Assembly (NCBI GenBank): GCA_028826165.1
Contig: JAPDFW010000110.1
Location: 62,001-126,000 of the forward strand
DNA length: 64,000 nt
Reading direction: 5' to 3'
DNA from: Anaeramoeba ignava BMAN
Taxonomy: Eukaryota > Protista > Anaeramoebae
The translations under genes and the position numbers were made by a program. A model generated the notes under the pieces. That model was not told where the DNA came from. It saw only the letters and a program-made list of their open reading frames with translations, and did not search any database. This document shows, piece after piece, positions 12,929 through 24,980 of the stretch. How positions within the stretch are numbered: the first letter of the stretch is position 1; every line of letters begins with the position of its first letter.

Positions 12929-15121
12929 ATGGATCATTTAGTTAATTTTCAAAAACTTGAAATTTCTGAACAAATTATTCAATTAAGAAAAATTAAAAAT
13001 TTAATTATTGGAAACAAAAACAGAAAAGAACTTCTAATCAAACAAAATGCTGTTCCAATTCTTATTGAGATTATAAAAACATCAAAACAAAGCAATATAT
13101 TTCTTGAAATTACAACAATTTTTGGTAGTCTTGCAAATAGTGCATCAAACGAAATTATTAATCATCTTGTCCAAAATGGAGTTCCACAAGAAATTGCAAT
13201 GATTATGAAAGAAGACAAAAATGAAAATGTTATTGAATCTTGTTTAAGAGCTTTAAGAAATATATACGAATCAACACAAATTTTTGAAGAAGAAATATTT
13301 TCAGAAAAAGATGATGGGAATTTACTTGATTATATAATTTCATTACTTGAATCCAAAAGTGAAAAAATACAAGAATTTTCATCTGATATAATAAGGATAT
13401 ATTGGAGGAACAAAAATTGTTATGAAAATGAAAATGAAAATGAAAATGAAAATGAAAATGAAAATCAAAATGAAAATCAAATTCAAATTGAAATTCAAAA
13501 TGAAAATGAAAATCAAATTCAAATTGAAAATGAAAATGAAAATCAAAATCAAAATAGAATTCAAAATGCTATTCAAAAATTAGTTGCAATTCTTACAAAT
13601 CAACAAAATAATTCCAATAGAACAATTGAAAAAACTTTATCTGCATTATCAGTAATTTCTTCTTGTAGCAAAAATTTAAAAAGAATTGGAGAAGAAAGTT
13701 TATCAAAAATCTTACAAATATCATTCGACTTTTTATCAGAACCACATCCTCAGCTCAATTTAGTTTCTGCAAATTTGCTAACAAGTTTTCTGAAATCAAA
13801 AGCAATCAAAGACGAATATTTAAGAAAAGACATAGAAGGAAGACTTCTTTTATCAATTCTAACATTATTGGAAATTCAAGACAAAAAAATGAGATTTGAA
13901 ATTCCGTTAGTTTTATCTGCTTTTGCAAAAAATAGTGTTCACATTCAAAAATTAATTTCAGAATCAGAAATTCTAAGCAAATTACTTTCAATGTTTTCGG
14001 AATTTGATTTGAAAAAAGAAACAATGGATCTTTTTGATATTCAATGCTTAAGAAATTTGTTGTCAATTTGTGTTGTTTTAACTCAATATATCGATGATAT
14101 TCGGCACAAATTTATTCAATCCAATTTCATAGAGAAAATTGCGGAAATCATCGAGATTAAAGATGAAAAGGTCAAATTATTAGGATTAGAACTTACACGC
14201 AATTTAACACGATCAATCAATCATTTTTTCAATCAATTTACAAAATCAAGTTTATTGGAAATATTAATTAAAATTTGGGAGCAAAAAGACAGTGCGAATT
14301 TTCAGATTCAAAGCATTTTGTGCATTTGTTTTTGCAATTTATGCTTGAATTCACAAAATGCTAAGAAAACTCTAATTGAGCATAAAATGATCGAGCAATT
14401 TGTTCAATTATTTGATTCAATGGATTTTGAAGTTCGTGCTAATTCATTGTTTGCAATAAGAAACTTATTCTACAAATTGAAACTGGATTCAACACTTGGT
14501 TCTTATAAAGGAAAAATACAAGATATAATTGACTTGAAAAAAATTGTTTCTCTTCTTGAAGATTCAAATGAAGAAATCAAAATTCTTGCTTTGCAAACAC
14601 TTCGAAATATGATTAAAGGACCCAAAGAAGTGAAAGAAATACTCGATCAATATCAATCTGTTTTGGTTCTCATTGAAACAGAATTGAGCAGTTTTATTGA
14701 GATGATCCAAATCAAAAATAATGAAAATGACCAAATCGAAATTCAAATGGAAAAAGATGATGAAAAACCTGAGAAGAAAATTCAAGGCAAAATACAAAAG
14801 ATTTTGGATATAATTTATTTGATTTCTTCCTTTTCAGTTCATCCAGAAGCAAAACTACTTTTAATGAAATCTAAAATTGTTCATTTTCTTATTCAATTAC
14901 ATAATTTCCCTAATTTTTTTATTCAAAAAGCTGTTTTTTGGAGTTTAATTAATTTTACTTGGCACGAAGGATCAGAAACACAATTTAAAGAATGCATTAA
15001 ATTTGTTAAAGATTTTTCTTTAGAAGAAAAGTTGGAAAGTTATATAAAGGGATGCGAGAATCCAGAAGTTAAAATTCTAGCTCAAAGAACATTAAAAAAT
15101 ATACAAGAAAAAAAAAATTGA
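12929..15121 (+). CDS. ARMC8: Armadillo-repeat protein ARMC8/Gid5(Vid28)-like, intronless
   Basis: N-terminal LRKIKNLIIGNKNRKELLIKQNAVPILI matches the ARMC8 signature; ARM repeats with RNLTRS and ANSLFAIRNL; ENENEN insertion. Confidence 0.75.
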   Translation: MDHLVNFQKLEISEQIIQLRKIKNLIIGNKNRKELLIKQNAVPILIEIIKTSKQSNIFLEITTIFGSLANSASNEIINHLVQNGVPQEIAMIMKEDKNENVIESCLRALRNIYESTQIFEEEIFSEKDDGNLLDYIISLLESKSEKIQEFSSDIIRIYWRNKNCYENENENENENENENQNENQIQIEIQNENENQIQIENENENQNQNRIQNAIQKLVAILTNQQNNSNRTIEKTLSALSVISSCSKNLKRIGEESLSKILQISFDFLSEPHPQLNLVSANLLTSFLKSKAIKDEYLRKDIEGRLLLSILTLLEIQDKKMRFEIPLVLSAFAKNSVHIQKLISESEILSKLLSMFSEFDLKKETMDLFDIQCLRNLLSICVVLTQYIDDIRHKFIQSNFIEKIAEIIEIKDEKVKLLGLELTRNLTRSINHFFNQFTKSSLLEILIKIWEQKDSANFQIQSILCICFCNLCLNSQNAKKTLIEHKMIEQFVQLFDSMDFEVRANSLFAIRNLFYKLKLDSTLGSYKGKIQDIIDLKKIVSLLEDSNEEIKILALQTLRNMIKGPKEVKEILDQYQSVLVLIETELSSFIEMIQIKNNENDQIEIQMEKDDEKPEKKIQGKIQKILDIIYLISSFSVHPEAKLLLMKSKIVHFLIQLHNFPNFFIQKAVFWSLINFTWHEGSETQFKECIKFVKDFSLEEKLESYIKGCENPEVKILAQRTLKNIQEKKN

Positions 15122-15196
15122 AATCAAAAAGAAAAGGAAAAGAAACTTTGAATTTAAAAGAAAAAAAGCAAAACTTTTATTTGCTTTATTTTTCAA

Positions 15197-18100
15197 TTAA
15201 ATTTTTTTTTTTTGAGAATTTTCCCATTTTAAATCAATTTGTTTTTCTTCCATAATTAAATTAATCAAATCATCTAAACCTTGAGATTCAAGTTTTTCGA
15301 AATTCTCTTTAATAAACTCAATACACAAATCTTGCAATAAAACATTATCAAATTCAAAACTTGAATAACAGAAAGAAATGATATTTTCTAAATTCAAATT
15401 TTCACCGATAATTTCAGCACATTTTGTTTGGATTGACAATCTTGAAGTATCAATTCCATAATAAGAAGGAGCATCCAATAATTCAGTTGCAATCTGGAAA
15501 TTATTTATATGATCCACTTTTCCAGTATAAAAATATTGGATTAAATCTCTGATTGATTCAGCACTTCTTCCACTAAGATCAGGTGCTGAATTTGTTGAAT
15601 CATCTTCAACTATCATAAACATTCCTCTGAATAATTCACTATGAGCTATTAAAATTGATTTATGAACTCGAATAATTTCGTTGGATTTTTCATTTGAAAC
15701 AATAATTGAAAAATCTTTTGATTCTTCATCATGGAACAATTTCAAGCATATCATTTTCAAGTTCATTTTCACAATTTTCAGCATTTACTACACTTAGATT
15801 TTTCAATTTAAATTCTTCAATTAGTTTCTTGATTTTCTCTGTTGCTTCTGGTTGATTGATTTCTAGTTTTCCTGTATATATAAATGTGAGGAAAGATCTC
15901 ACTTCTGAGTATGTAAATCTTCCTAATTGTGCAATTAATGATGGTGTATAATGATTTTCTAAATAATTTTTTTCAATCATAAATTTTTCTCAATTAAATT
16001 TTAATTAAATTTTAATTATATATATTTTTTGTACTTAATCTTCCTTTGAGAATACTTGAATGTGCTTTTAAAACTTGATCATCACATGATATTATTTCAA
16101 CATCACAAAATTCTTGATTATCAAAAAATGCATGCATATGAACTGACAAATCCGATCCAAATTTTAATTCAAACATATCATTATAAAATACTTTGTTTCC
16201 ACTTGTTCCAAAGAAGATATACATTTTGTTATTTGAAAGAATTGCAGAATGATCATCTAAATTGAATTTAATATTAAAAATTTAAAAACCAAAAAATATT
16301 CTTTTTCTTCTTGTAAAAAATTCACACCTCTTGTTCTTGGAGGTTGGCCTTTTGTTGGAACTTCTTCCCATTGTTGGGTAATTAAATTAAAAGTAGTAAT
16401 ATTATTAAAATTAGTTTCAATTCCATCAACTCTTTTCAATCCACCAAAAATAATCATTTTTTTTGATTTTGGATCCAAAACAGCTGAATGACTTTCTTTC
16501 ATTGTCCAAATATCATCATTTGGAACAACAATTCGAGACCAAGAATTAGAAAGAAGATTAAATTTAAATAGACCAGAAAGCGTATATCTTTTATATCCAC
16601 CCAAAACATAAATATCATCATTTTCAATAACAGCTGTATGACCAAATCGAGGAGATAAATTTTCTCCTTTAATATTTATTACTTTCCATTCTAATTTTTC
16701 CAAATCCAAACTATATATTTTTGTGTTGTATTTATCATTGGGTATTAATCCCCCAATTGAAATCATATATCGATTTTTATAAACAACTGATGCGTGATAA
16801 TATAAACTTTCACTATCTCCTTTTGTATCTAAATTGCTCCAAACCCGTTTTTTTAAATCAAAATAAAATGGTGTTGGATCTTCTTTTGATTTTTGTCTTC
16901 CTCCAAATATTATTAATCTGTCATCATGAACAACTGTTGTATTTCCCCATCTTGCTGCTGGTAAATCTCCAATTTGTTCGATTTTACTCCACTTTTAATT
17001 TTCAAAATTAATTTTAATTTTATAAATGAATTTTCAAATTTAAATTTAATTTTATAAATGAATTTTAATTTTAATTTTAATTTTAATTTTAATTTTAATT
17101 TTGATTTTAATTTTAATTTTAATTTTAATTTGAATTTTGATTTTAATTTTAATTTTAATTTTATTTTTAATTTTAATTTTAATTTTATAAATGAATTTTA
17201 ATTATAATTTTGTAAATGAATTTTAATTTTAATTTTAATTTTAATTTCAATTTTAATTTTAATTTTAATTTTAATTATAATTTTAATTTTAATTTTTAAT
17301 TTTAATTTTTAATTTTAATTATAATTTTAATTTTATAAATGAATTTTAATTTGTAAAATGAATTTTAATTTTTAATTTTAATTTTAATTTTAATTTTTAA
17401 TTTTAAAATTTTAATTTTTAAATGAATTTTAATTTTAATTTTAATTTTAATTTTAATTTTAATTTTATAAATGAATTTTAATTTTATAAATGAATTTGAA
17501 TTTGAATTTTGATTTTAATTTTAATTATAATTTTAATTTCAATTTTAATTTGAATTTTAATTTTAATTTTATTTTTAATTTTAATTTTATTTTTAATTTT
17601 ATAAATGAATTTTAATTTTGATTTTAATTTTAATTTGAATTTTAATTTTAATTTGAATTTTAATTTTTAATTTTAATTTTAAATTTGATTTAATAAATGA
17701 ATTTTATTTTTAATTTTAATTTTAATTTTGATTTTAAATGAATTTTAATTTTAATTTTAATTTAAATTTTAATTTTATTTTTAATTTTTAATTTTAATAA
17801 ATGAATTTTTATTTTTAATTTTAATTTTAATTTTAATTTTAATTTTAATTTAATTGAAATTTTAATTTTATTTTAATTTTAATTTTAATTTTAATTTTAA
17901 ATTTGAATTTAATTTTAAATTAATTTTAATTTTTAATTTTAATTTTAATTTTAATTATAATTTTAATTTAAATTTTAATTTTAATTTAAATTTTAATTTT
18001 ATAATTTTAATTTTAATTTTAAATGAATTTTAATTTTTAAAATTTTGAATTTTAATTTTAATTTTAATTTTAATTTTAATTTTAATTTTTAAATTTTAAT

Positions 18101-18510
18101 TTTAATTTTGTAAATGAATTTTAATTTTAATTTTAATTTTAATTTTAATTTTAATTTTAATTTTAAATTTAATTTTAATTTGATTTTAATTTTAATTTTC
18201 AAAATGAATTTTAATTTTGTAAATGAATTTTAATTTTGATTTACTTTTTTTGTTGCTAAATCAAATTCATACATATCATCATAATAAATATATTTTCGAT
18301 AATTTTCTATTTTACATCCTCCATAAATAATTATTTTATTATTATAAAGAGTATAAGAAGCTCTAAATCTTTCTTCTGGTTTAATTTTAGATCGACTTTC
18401 AATTTCTTTCCAAGTAAAAGCTTTATTTATTTATTAATTAATTATTTAAATAAAAATAAATTTGCTTTTTTTTTTTTGTTTAAAGAATTTAAATTAAATT
18501 ATTTACACAT
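15197..18510 (-). CDS. Kelch-repeat + tandem BTB protein (LZTR1-like architecture); exons 18510-18507, 18420-18245, 16991-16328, 16256-16035, 15988-15197; one +1 frame break ~15745
   Basis: Kelch motifs (PRFGHTAV..IYVLGG, IIFGG, W); BTB motifs FCDVEI..AHSSIL and KDFSII..VHKSILIAHSELFRGMF; phase-compatible GT-AG introns. Confidence 0.8.
17000..18240 (-). repeat. Intronic hexamer satellite (AAAATT)n with ATTCATTTAT variants
   Basis: Fills intron 18244-16992 of the Kelch-BTB gene. Confidence 0.9.
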
Positions 18511-18584
18511 TATTTTAAAAAATGAAAAAGAAAAAAAATGAAAATTTAAAAATTAAAAATTTATTTTGATTTTATTTTTGTATT

Positions 18585-21500
18585 TTAAAATTCATTTATA
18601 ATTCTTTCAATTTCTTTTTGGATTTCAATAAATTTAGATTTCTTCTTATTTTCTAAAAGAAAATCAATTGATGAATTTTTCCTTAATTGATAAAAATCTT
18701 TCAATTCAGAAAATAAAGAAATATCAAAGATTTTTTCAGAATCAAAACAATCAAAATAAAGAAAGTGAATGAATTGTTGAATTGTTTGAGCAGATTTTCC
18801 ACTATAATCTTTAACAGAATTTGAAGGATCATTAACAGTCAAAAACATTCCTCTAAATAAACGAGAACGAGCAATTAAAATCAATTTATGAACTTTAATT
18901 TCTTGATTTTCTGAATTAATTGAAAAATCCTTTTGATCATCCAAATTGTAAATTCTTTTAAAATCACGAACTAATCCAATTTTTCCTCTTTTTTGGATTA
19001 TCCATTTTTTTGAATCAATTCCAATTTCTTTGGTTATTTTTGTTAAATCTTCCATTGTTTTTGTGTAATTTTTTTGATATATTTTTCCTGTGTATAAAAA
19101 TTCTATAAATGGGTTCATAATTTCAATTGAATTTTCATGTGAAACTTTAAGGAAACTATCGAATATTTCTTTGTTTGTTAGTTTTTCATCTTCAAAAAAT
19201 AATCTTGTTTCAAGAATAAGTTTATGAATATTAATAGAACCATCTTTGCATTGTAAACGGAAATCTGTAAATTGTTGTTTTTTAAGTAATTTGAGGAAAT
19301 CATTTTGATAACTTGGGAAAGTTTGAAGTAATTTTTGAATATTTGTGGAATTACGAGACAGAATTTTATCCTAAATAAATTCAAATCAATTCAAATCAAT
19401 TCAAATCAATATTTAATTCAATATTTAATTCAAATCAATTTAATTCAATCAATTTAATTCAAATCAATTTAATTCAAATCAATTTTTTTAATTCAAATTC
19501 CAATTTAATTCAAATCAATTTAATTCAATTCATTCAAATCAATTCAATATTCAATATTTAATATTCAATATTCAATATTCAATATATTCAAATCAATTTT
19601 AAATCCCCAATATTTAATATTCAAAATCAATTATTCAATTTCAAATCAATATTTAAATATTCAATATTTCAAATATATTCAATTTTTATTCAATATTTAA
19701 TATTCAGTATTTAATATTCAATTCAATATTCAATATTCAATATTTAATATTCAAATCAATTTAATTCAATATTCAATATTCAATATTCAATATTTAATTT
19801 TATTTAATTTAAATTGAAAATCATTACAGAAACATCATGATAATCAGCACCATACCAAAGTAACCATAAAATTGTTCCAAATAATCCAAATTTATTCAAA
19901 ATACCTAAAATTAAAGTATCTCCACTTTTTTTATTTGGATCAGCACCAGATTTCAGAAAACGAGCTATAATAGGATTTTTGCTTTTGTTCAGACAAAGAT
20001 ACCCTAAAGGTGTAAGTCCATATGCATCTATAGAATCAAAATCTTGTGTCAATTCCATAATAGGTATAACCCAGTCATTAAAAGATTGATGCCTTTTGCA
20101 AATCAAATGAAGTGGTGTTTGATTGGAAGTATTTTTCAAATTAAAATCTGCTCCTCTTGAAATCAATAAATCAAGATAAACTTTGAATTTTTCGATATGA
20201 TAAACTGATGAAACAACTGAATGCAAGATTGTGCTTTTATTTCGAGGATAAATAACTTGATTAATATCTTTAGGATAACCATTTTCCAACAAATATTTTG
20301 TAACTTCGAAATTTTCTCCTCCATTTACCATTACTAAAAACTCAAACAAAACACAAATTTCTTCATCAGTGATTTTCCTCAAAAATATCTTAAGTGTTTC
20401 TATATCCAATTTGGACTTGCGAGAATATTGTTGGATTACTGAACGATAATTTTCGGCTGTTGGATTTGTTATATCCAAATCATGTTCCAAAAGAAATTTT
20501 GCAAGTTTTTCATTGAAATGATGTTGAGAACAAGCAAGAAATAATCCGTTTTGATGCTGATTGTTTTTTTGGTGGATATCTACTCCTTTAGAAATGAATA
20601 GCTCAATAACTTTGATAATCTCATTTTGATCTTCTTGAATAAGTGAATTATTGCAGAGATGAAGAAAAGCAGAATTTCCAAAAGAATCAACAGCATTTAA
20701 ATCAGCACCTGAATTAACCAAGAATTCAATACTTTCATAATTCAATTTGCCAAAACAAGAATACATCAAAGGTGTTTGTTTGGAATTATTGAGTTTATTG
20801 ATATCAGCTCCATTTTGAATAATCTTTTGCAAAATTTCTTTTGGATGACCTGAACAACAAGCTCGATGAATTGGATAATCCATTGTTAACAAAATGGAAT
20901 TGGTATCGAATCCTTCATCAAGTAAAATTTTCATTACTTCCGTTGAGCATATTCTGCTGAATACTGTTTCAGTTAAATCATTTACTTTAAATTCAAATTT
21001 TTCTTTGAAACTCCAAAGAAATGAAAATATTTCTGGTTGTTCAAGTGAAGCAAAAACCAAAAATGCATATGAATTTTTCAATGTGGTATTATTCAAGCAA
21101 TAAGCCAATATTTTATTCAATCTTTCGGCGTATCCACTTATGCAATTCTCAATAAAAAACCGAAAAACTGTTTGATTGCTTGGATAAAATTTTGGATCTA
21201 ATTTTTCAATAATTAAAAACATTGATTCAAAATCGTTTTTAATGTAGTGCCCATTTAATAACGGAATTGGATCTTGCGGAGGAAAAATATTTGGATCAGC
21301 TCCTTTAGAAAGCAATTTCTTGATCAACATTGAATTGTCATCATATATATTTGCATAGCACAAAGGTGTGTAATTTGCTGTTGTAACACTGTTGACTTCC
21401 AATCCATAATCAATTAGAAAATCAACCAATTCAAGACTATCTTTTTGAGTGCAAGCAAGATGAAGTAATGTTTCATTTTTCTCATTTTTATCAAGAAGTG

Positions 21501-22290
21501 AAACCCCAAGTGATGATAAAAGTTTGATATTTTCCAAACTATTTGGGGATTGAATAAGTTCTTGCAATGCTAAAAAATCTTTTGCTCCTTTTGAAACCAG
21601 AAATCTTATGTGTTCACTTGAATCAGGCAATTTTTGGATTAATTCAGATAAAACAGTTCTTCCTCGCTTATTTCTTGCATTGATATCAATACTTTCAGAA
21701 TAAATACTTTTCAAAATATCCAAAGAACAAAAATATGTTGCGCAATAATGAAGCATTGTATCTTTTGATGATGTAATAACTGAAATTGAGGCTCCTGAAC
21801 TAATAAGGAATTGAATAATTTCAAGTGAAGATTTGGTTGAAATTGCAAAATGAAGAGGAGTTTGACCCGATTTATTTTGGCTATTAATATTTGCTCCAAA
21901 TTCCAATAATGTTTTGATAACTTCAATTGGTTCTTTCATATATTTTATTGCTAAATGAATTGGAGATAACTGCAAACGATCCACAATATTAACGTCACTT
22001 CCTGATGAAATGAGAAATTTTATAATTTCAAGTGACGATTCCATTGCTATTGCATTTGCAAGTACTGTTCTTCTGCTTTTTTTGTTTCTTGTGTTTATAT
22101 TCACTCCTTTTGAAATGATTTTTTGTAAAATTTCAGTGTTTGATTTCTCTTTTATCGCCAATCCTAATAAAGAATTCAATTGATTTGATGTTAAATTTTG
22201 AGTTGAAAGAAATTCTTCAATTTTTTCTTCAGGATTTTGTTCTTGAAGAATTTTTTGGAATTGAATAAAATAATCTGATGAATCTTCCAT
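18585..22290 (-). CDS. Ankyrin-repeat + tandem BTB protein; exons 22290-19828 and 19370-18585
   Basis: Many TPLH/GADxN ankyrin repeats; spliced exon 2 gives FTDFRL..IHKLILETR and VHKLILIARSRLFRGMF BTB motifs. Confidence 0.88.
19375..19800 (-). repeat. Intronic satellite (plus strand AATATTC / TCAAATCAAT units)
   Basis: Inside intron 19827-19371. Confidence 0.85.
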
Positions 22291-22386
22291 TATTAAACAA
22301 AAGAATAAAAATGAAAAAAAATTTTTTTATTTATTTAAATTGAAAAATTAAAAAATTAAAAACTTAAAAATTAAAAACTTAAAAAC

Positions 22387-24867
22387 TTAAAAACGTCCAT
22401 TATTTGAAGCCCATTCAATTCTTTCAATAACTGAATTATGCATTTTTTCAAGAGTTGATTCCATATCAAAAGGATTGACTTCAATAACATTAGTAGTCAA
22501 TGGAATTCTTTCATGTAAATAAGATTGTTGAAGTCTGAAACGAGATAACAAAGTAGCAGTTTGAGTCTCAGTATCTTCTCCCAAATCATCAAGTAAATCA
22601 CTACTTCTTTCAAGACAAGAAATGAAATTTTCGATAAAAGAAGTGTGATTTTTTTCATCAAGAGTAAGGAAAATTGGGACAATTAAACCCATTCTTCCTG
22701 AAGGAAGAGTTTCCAGATTTGGAGTATTTGGTTTATTTCCATTTTTGATAGGATTTTGAAGATTTTGAAGATTTTGTGATATTTCTTTATCATTTTGTAT
22801 TTTGTTTGATTCGCTATTATTATTATTACTATTATTATTATTATTATTAGAATTTTGATTTGAATTTTTTGGATCGTTTGGAATATTATTTGAATCATTT
22901 TTAATAACTGTCTCTTTGATAGTATTTCCGTTATTTGTATTGTTTGTATTGTTAGTGTTTCCATTATTTTCTCTTTGAAAAAAAGCTAAGTTATGAGATT
23001 CAATGATATCTTGATACAATCCAAGATCGATATGAGATCCCTCAATAATAACAGATTTTCCTTCACGAAGACTTTTTGAAATATCTGCATGAACTCCATT
23101 CCTAACAATTTCACATTCTTCTTGATAATGAGCAAGAAAATCTTGGTCATTTTCATATTTTCTAAACCAAATTTGTTTCTGAGAATAAAAAGTTGAGATG
23201 TAACTGCACATTAAACTTGAAACAATATCAGTTTGCAGAATGTTTCCTAAGTTCAATCTTTCTGACAGTTGAACTGCTAGTGTTGATTTTCCTATGTGTT
23301 TTGTTCCTGATATTAAAATTATCACTGGAACTCTTTTATTGTGAAGTCGAAACATCATTTCGTATATTTTTCGATATATTCCCGAATATCCATGTTCTTC
23401 CATTGTCTGGAAAAGGTGAACCATTAATTCTTCTTGTGTAATGTCTAAGCATCCTTTATCAACTAAATTTTTTTTTAATGTTAATGCGATATGTATTGAA
23501 TCTTGGTGTGGAACCTTTTTCGAATATAAATATAAATCAAAATATAAATCAAAATATAAATCAAAATATAAATCAAAATATAAATCAAAATATAAATCAA
23601 AATATAAATCAAAATATAAATCAAAATATAAATCAAAATATAAATATTTAATAATAAATTTTGTAAATAAATTTTGTAAATAAATTAATAAATTTGTAAA
23701 TAATTTTGTAAATAAATTTATAAATAAATTTATAAATAAATTTTAAAATAATAAATTTGTAAATAATTTTGTAAATAAATTTGATAATAAATTTATAAAT
23801 AAATTTGTAAATATTTAATAATAAATTTTTAAATAAATTTGTAAATAAATTTGTAAAAATAAATTTGTAAATAATTTAATAATAAATTTGTAAAATAAAT
23901 TTGTAAATAAATTTTAATAATAAATTTAATAAATAATTTTGTAAATAAATTTTTAAATTTAAATAAATTTGTAAATAAATTTGTAAATAAATTTTGTAAA
24001 TAAATTTGTAAATAATTTTATAAATAAATTTATAAATAAATTTGTAAATAAATTTAATAATAAATTTGTAAATAATTTTGTAAAATAAATTTGTAAATAA
24101 ATTTATAAATAATTTAATAATAAATTTGTAAAAATAAATTTATAAATAATTTTATAAATAAATTTATAAATAAATTTGTAAATAATTTTAATAATAAATT
24201 TGTAAATAAATTTAATAATAAATTTATAAATAAATTTTAAATAAATTTTGTAAATAAATTTATAAAAATAGAATTTAAATAAATAAATAAATTTATAAAT
24301 AATTTTAATAATAAATTTATAAATAATTTTTAAAAAATAAATAAATTTTAAAATAAATTTGTAAATAAATTTGTAAAATAAATTTTAAATAAATAAATAA
24401 AATAAAATAATTTGTAAAATAATTTTATAAATAAATTTGTAAATAAATAATTTTAATAATAATTTTATAAATAAATTTGTAAATAAATTTGTAAATAATT
24501 TTATAAATAAATTTGTAAATAAATTTGTAAATAATTTAATAATAATTTTATAAATAAATTTGTAAATAAATTTGTAAATAATTTTATAAATAAATTTGTA
24601 AATAAATTTTAATAATAAATTTTGTAAATAAATTTGTAAATAAATTTGTAAATAAATTATATGTGAAATTTGTCCCATAAGTACTTTTGTAACCATTAAC
24701 ATTTGACTAACTAAAAATCTTGAAAGAACATAATAATGATCCATTAATCTAACTCTTATTTTAATTAAATCATATCTAGAACTTGGGTCTTTAATATTTT
24801 GAGTACTTTTTATTCTTTTTTTTTTCTTAAGTTTTTCTTTTCCTTTATTTGATAAATCTTTTGACAT
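22387..24867 (-). CDS. 2-phosphoglycerate-kinase-like P-loop NTPase (plant LPA1-homolog type); exons 24867-24685 and 23514-22387
   Basis: SSRYDLIKIRV..DHYYVLSRFL, P-loop GTKHIGKST, LQTDIV, VIIEGSHID; Asn-rich insertion. Confidence 0.85.
23520..24660 (-). repeat. Intronic 12-mer satellites (plus strand AAATATAAATCA perfect block, then TAAATAAATTTG)
   Basis: Inside intron 24684-23515. Confidence 0.9.
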
Positions 24868-24980
24868 AAAAAAAAGCAAAAAAAATAATTAGAAAAAAAT
24901 GAAAAAAAAAATGAAAAAAAATTTTTAATCATTTTTCTTTTTTCCTTTTTTTTTTAATAATAAAATTAATAAAATTAAAA

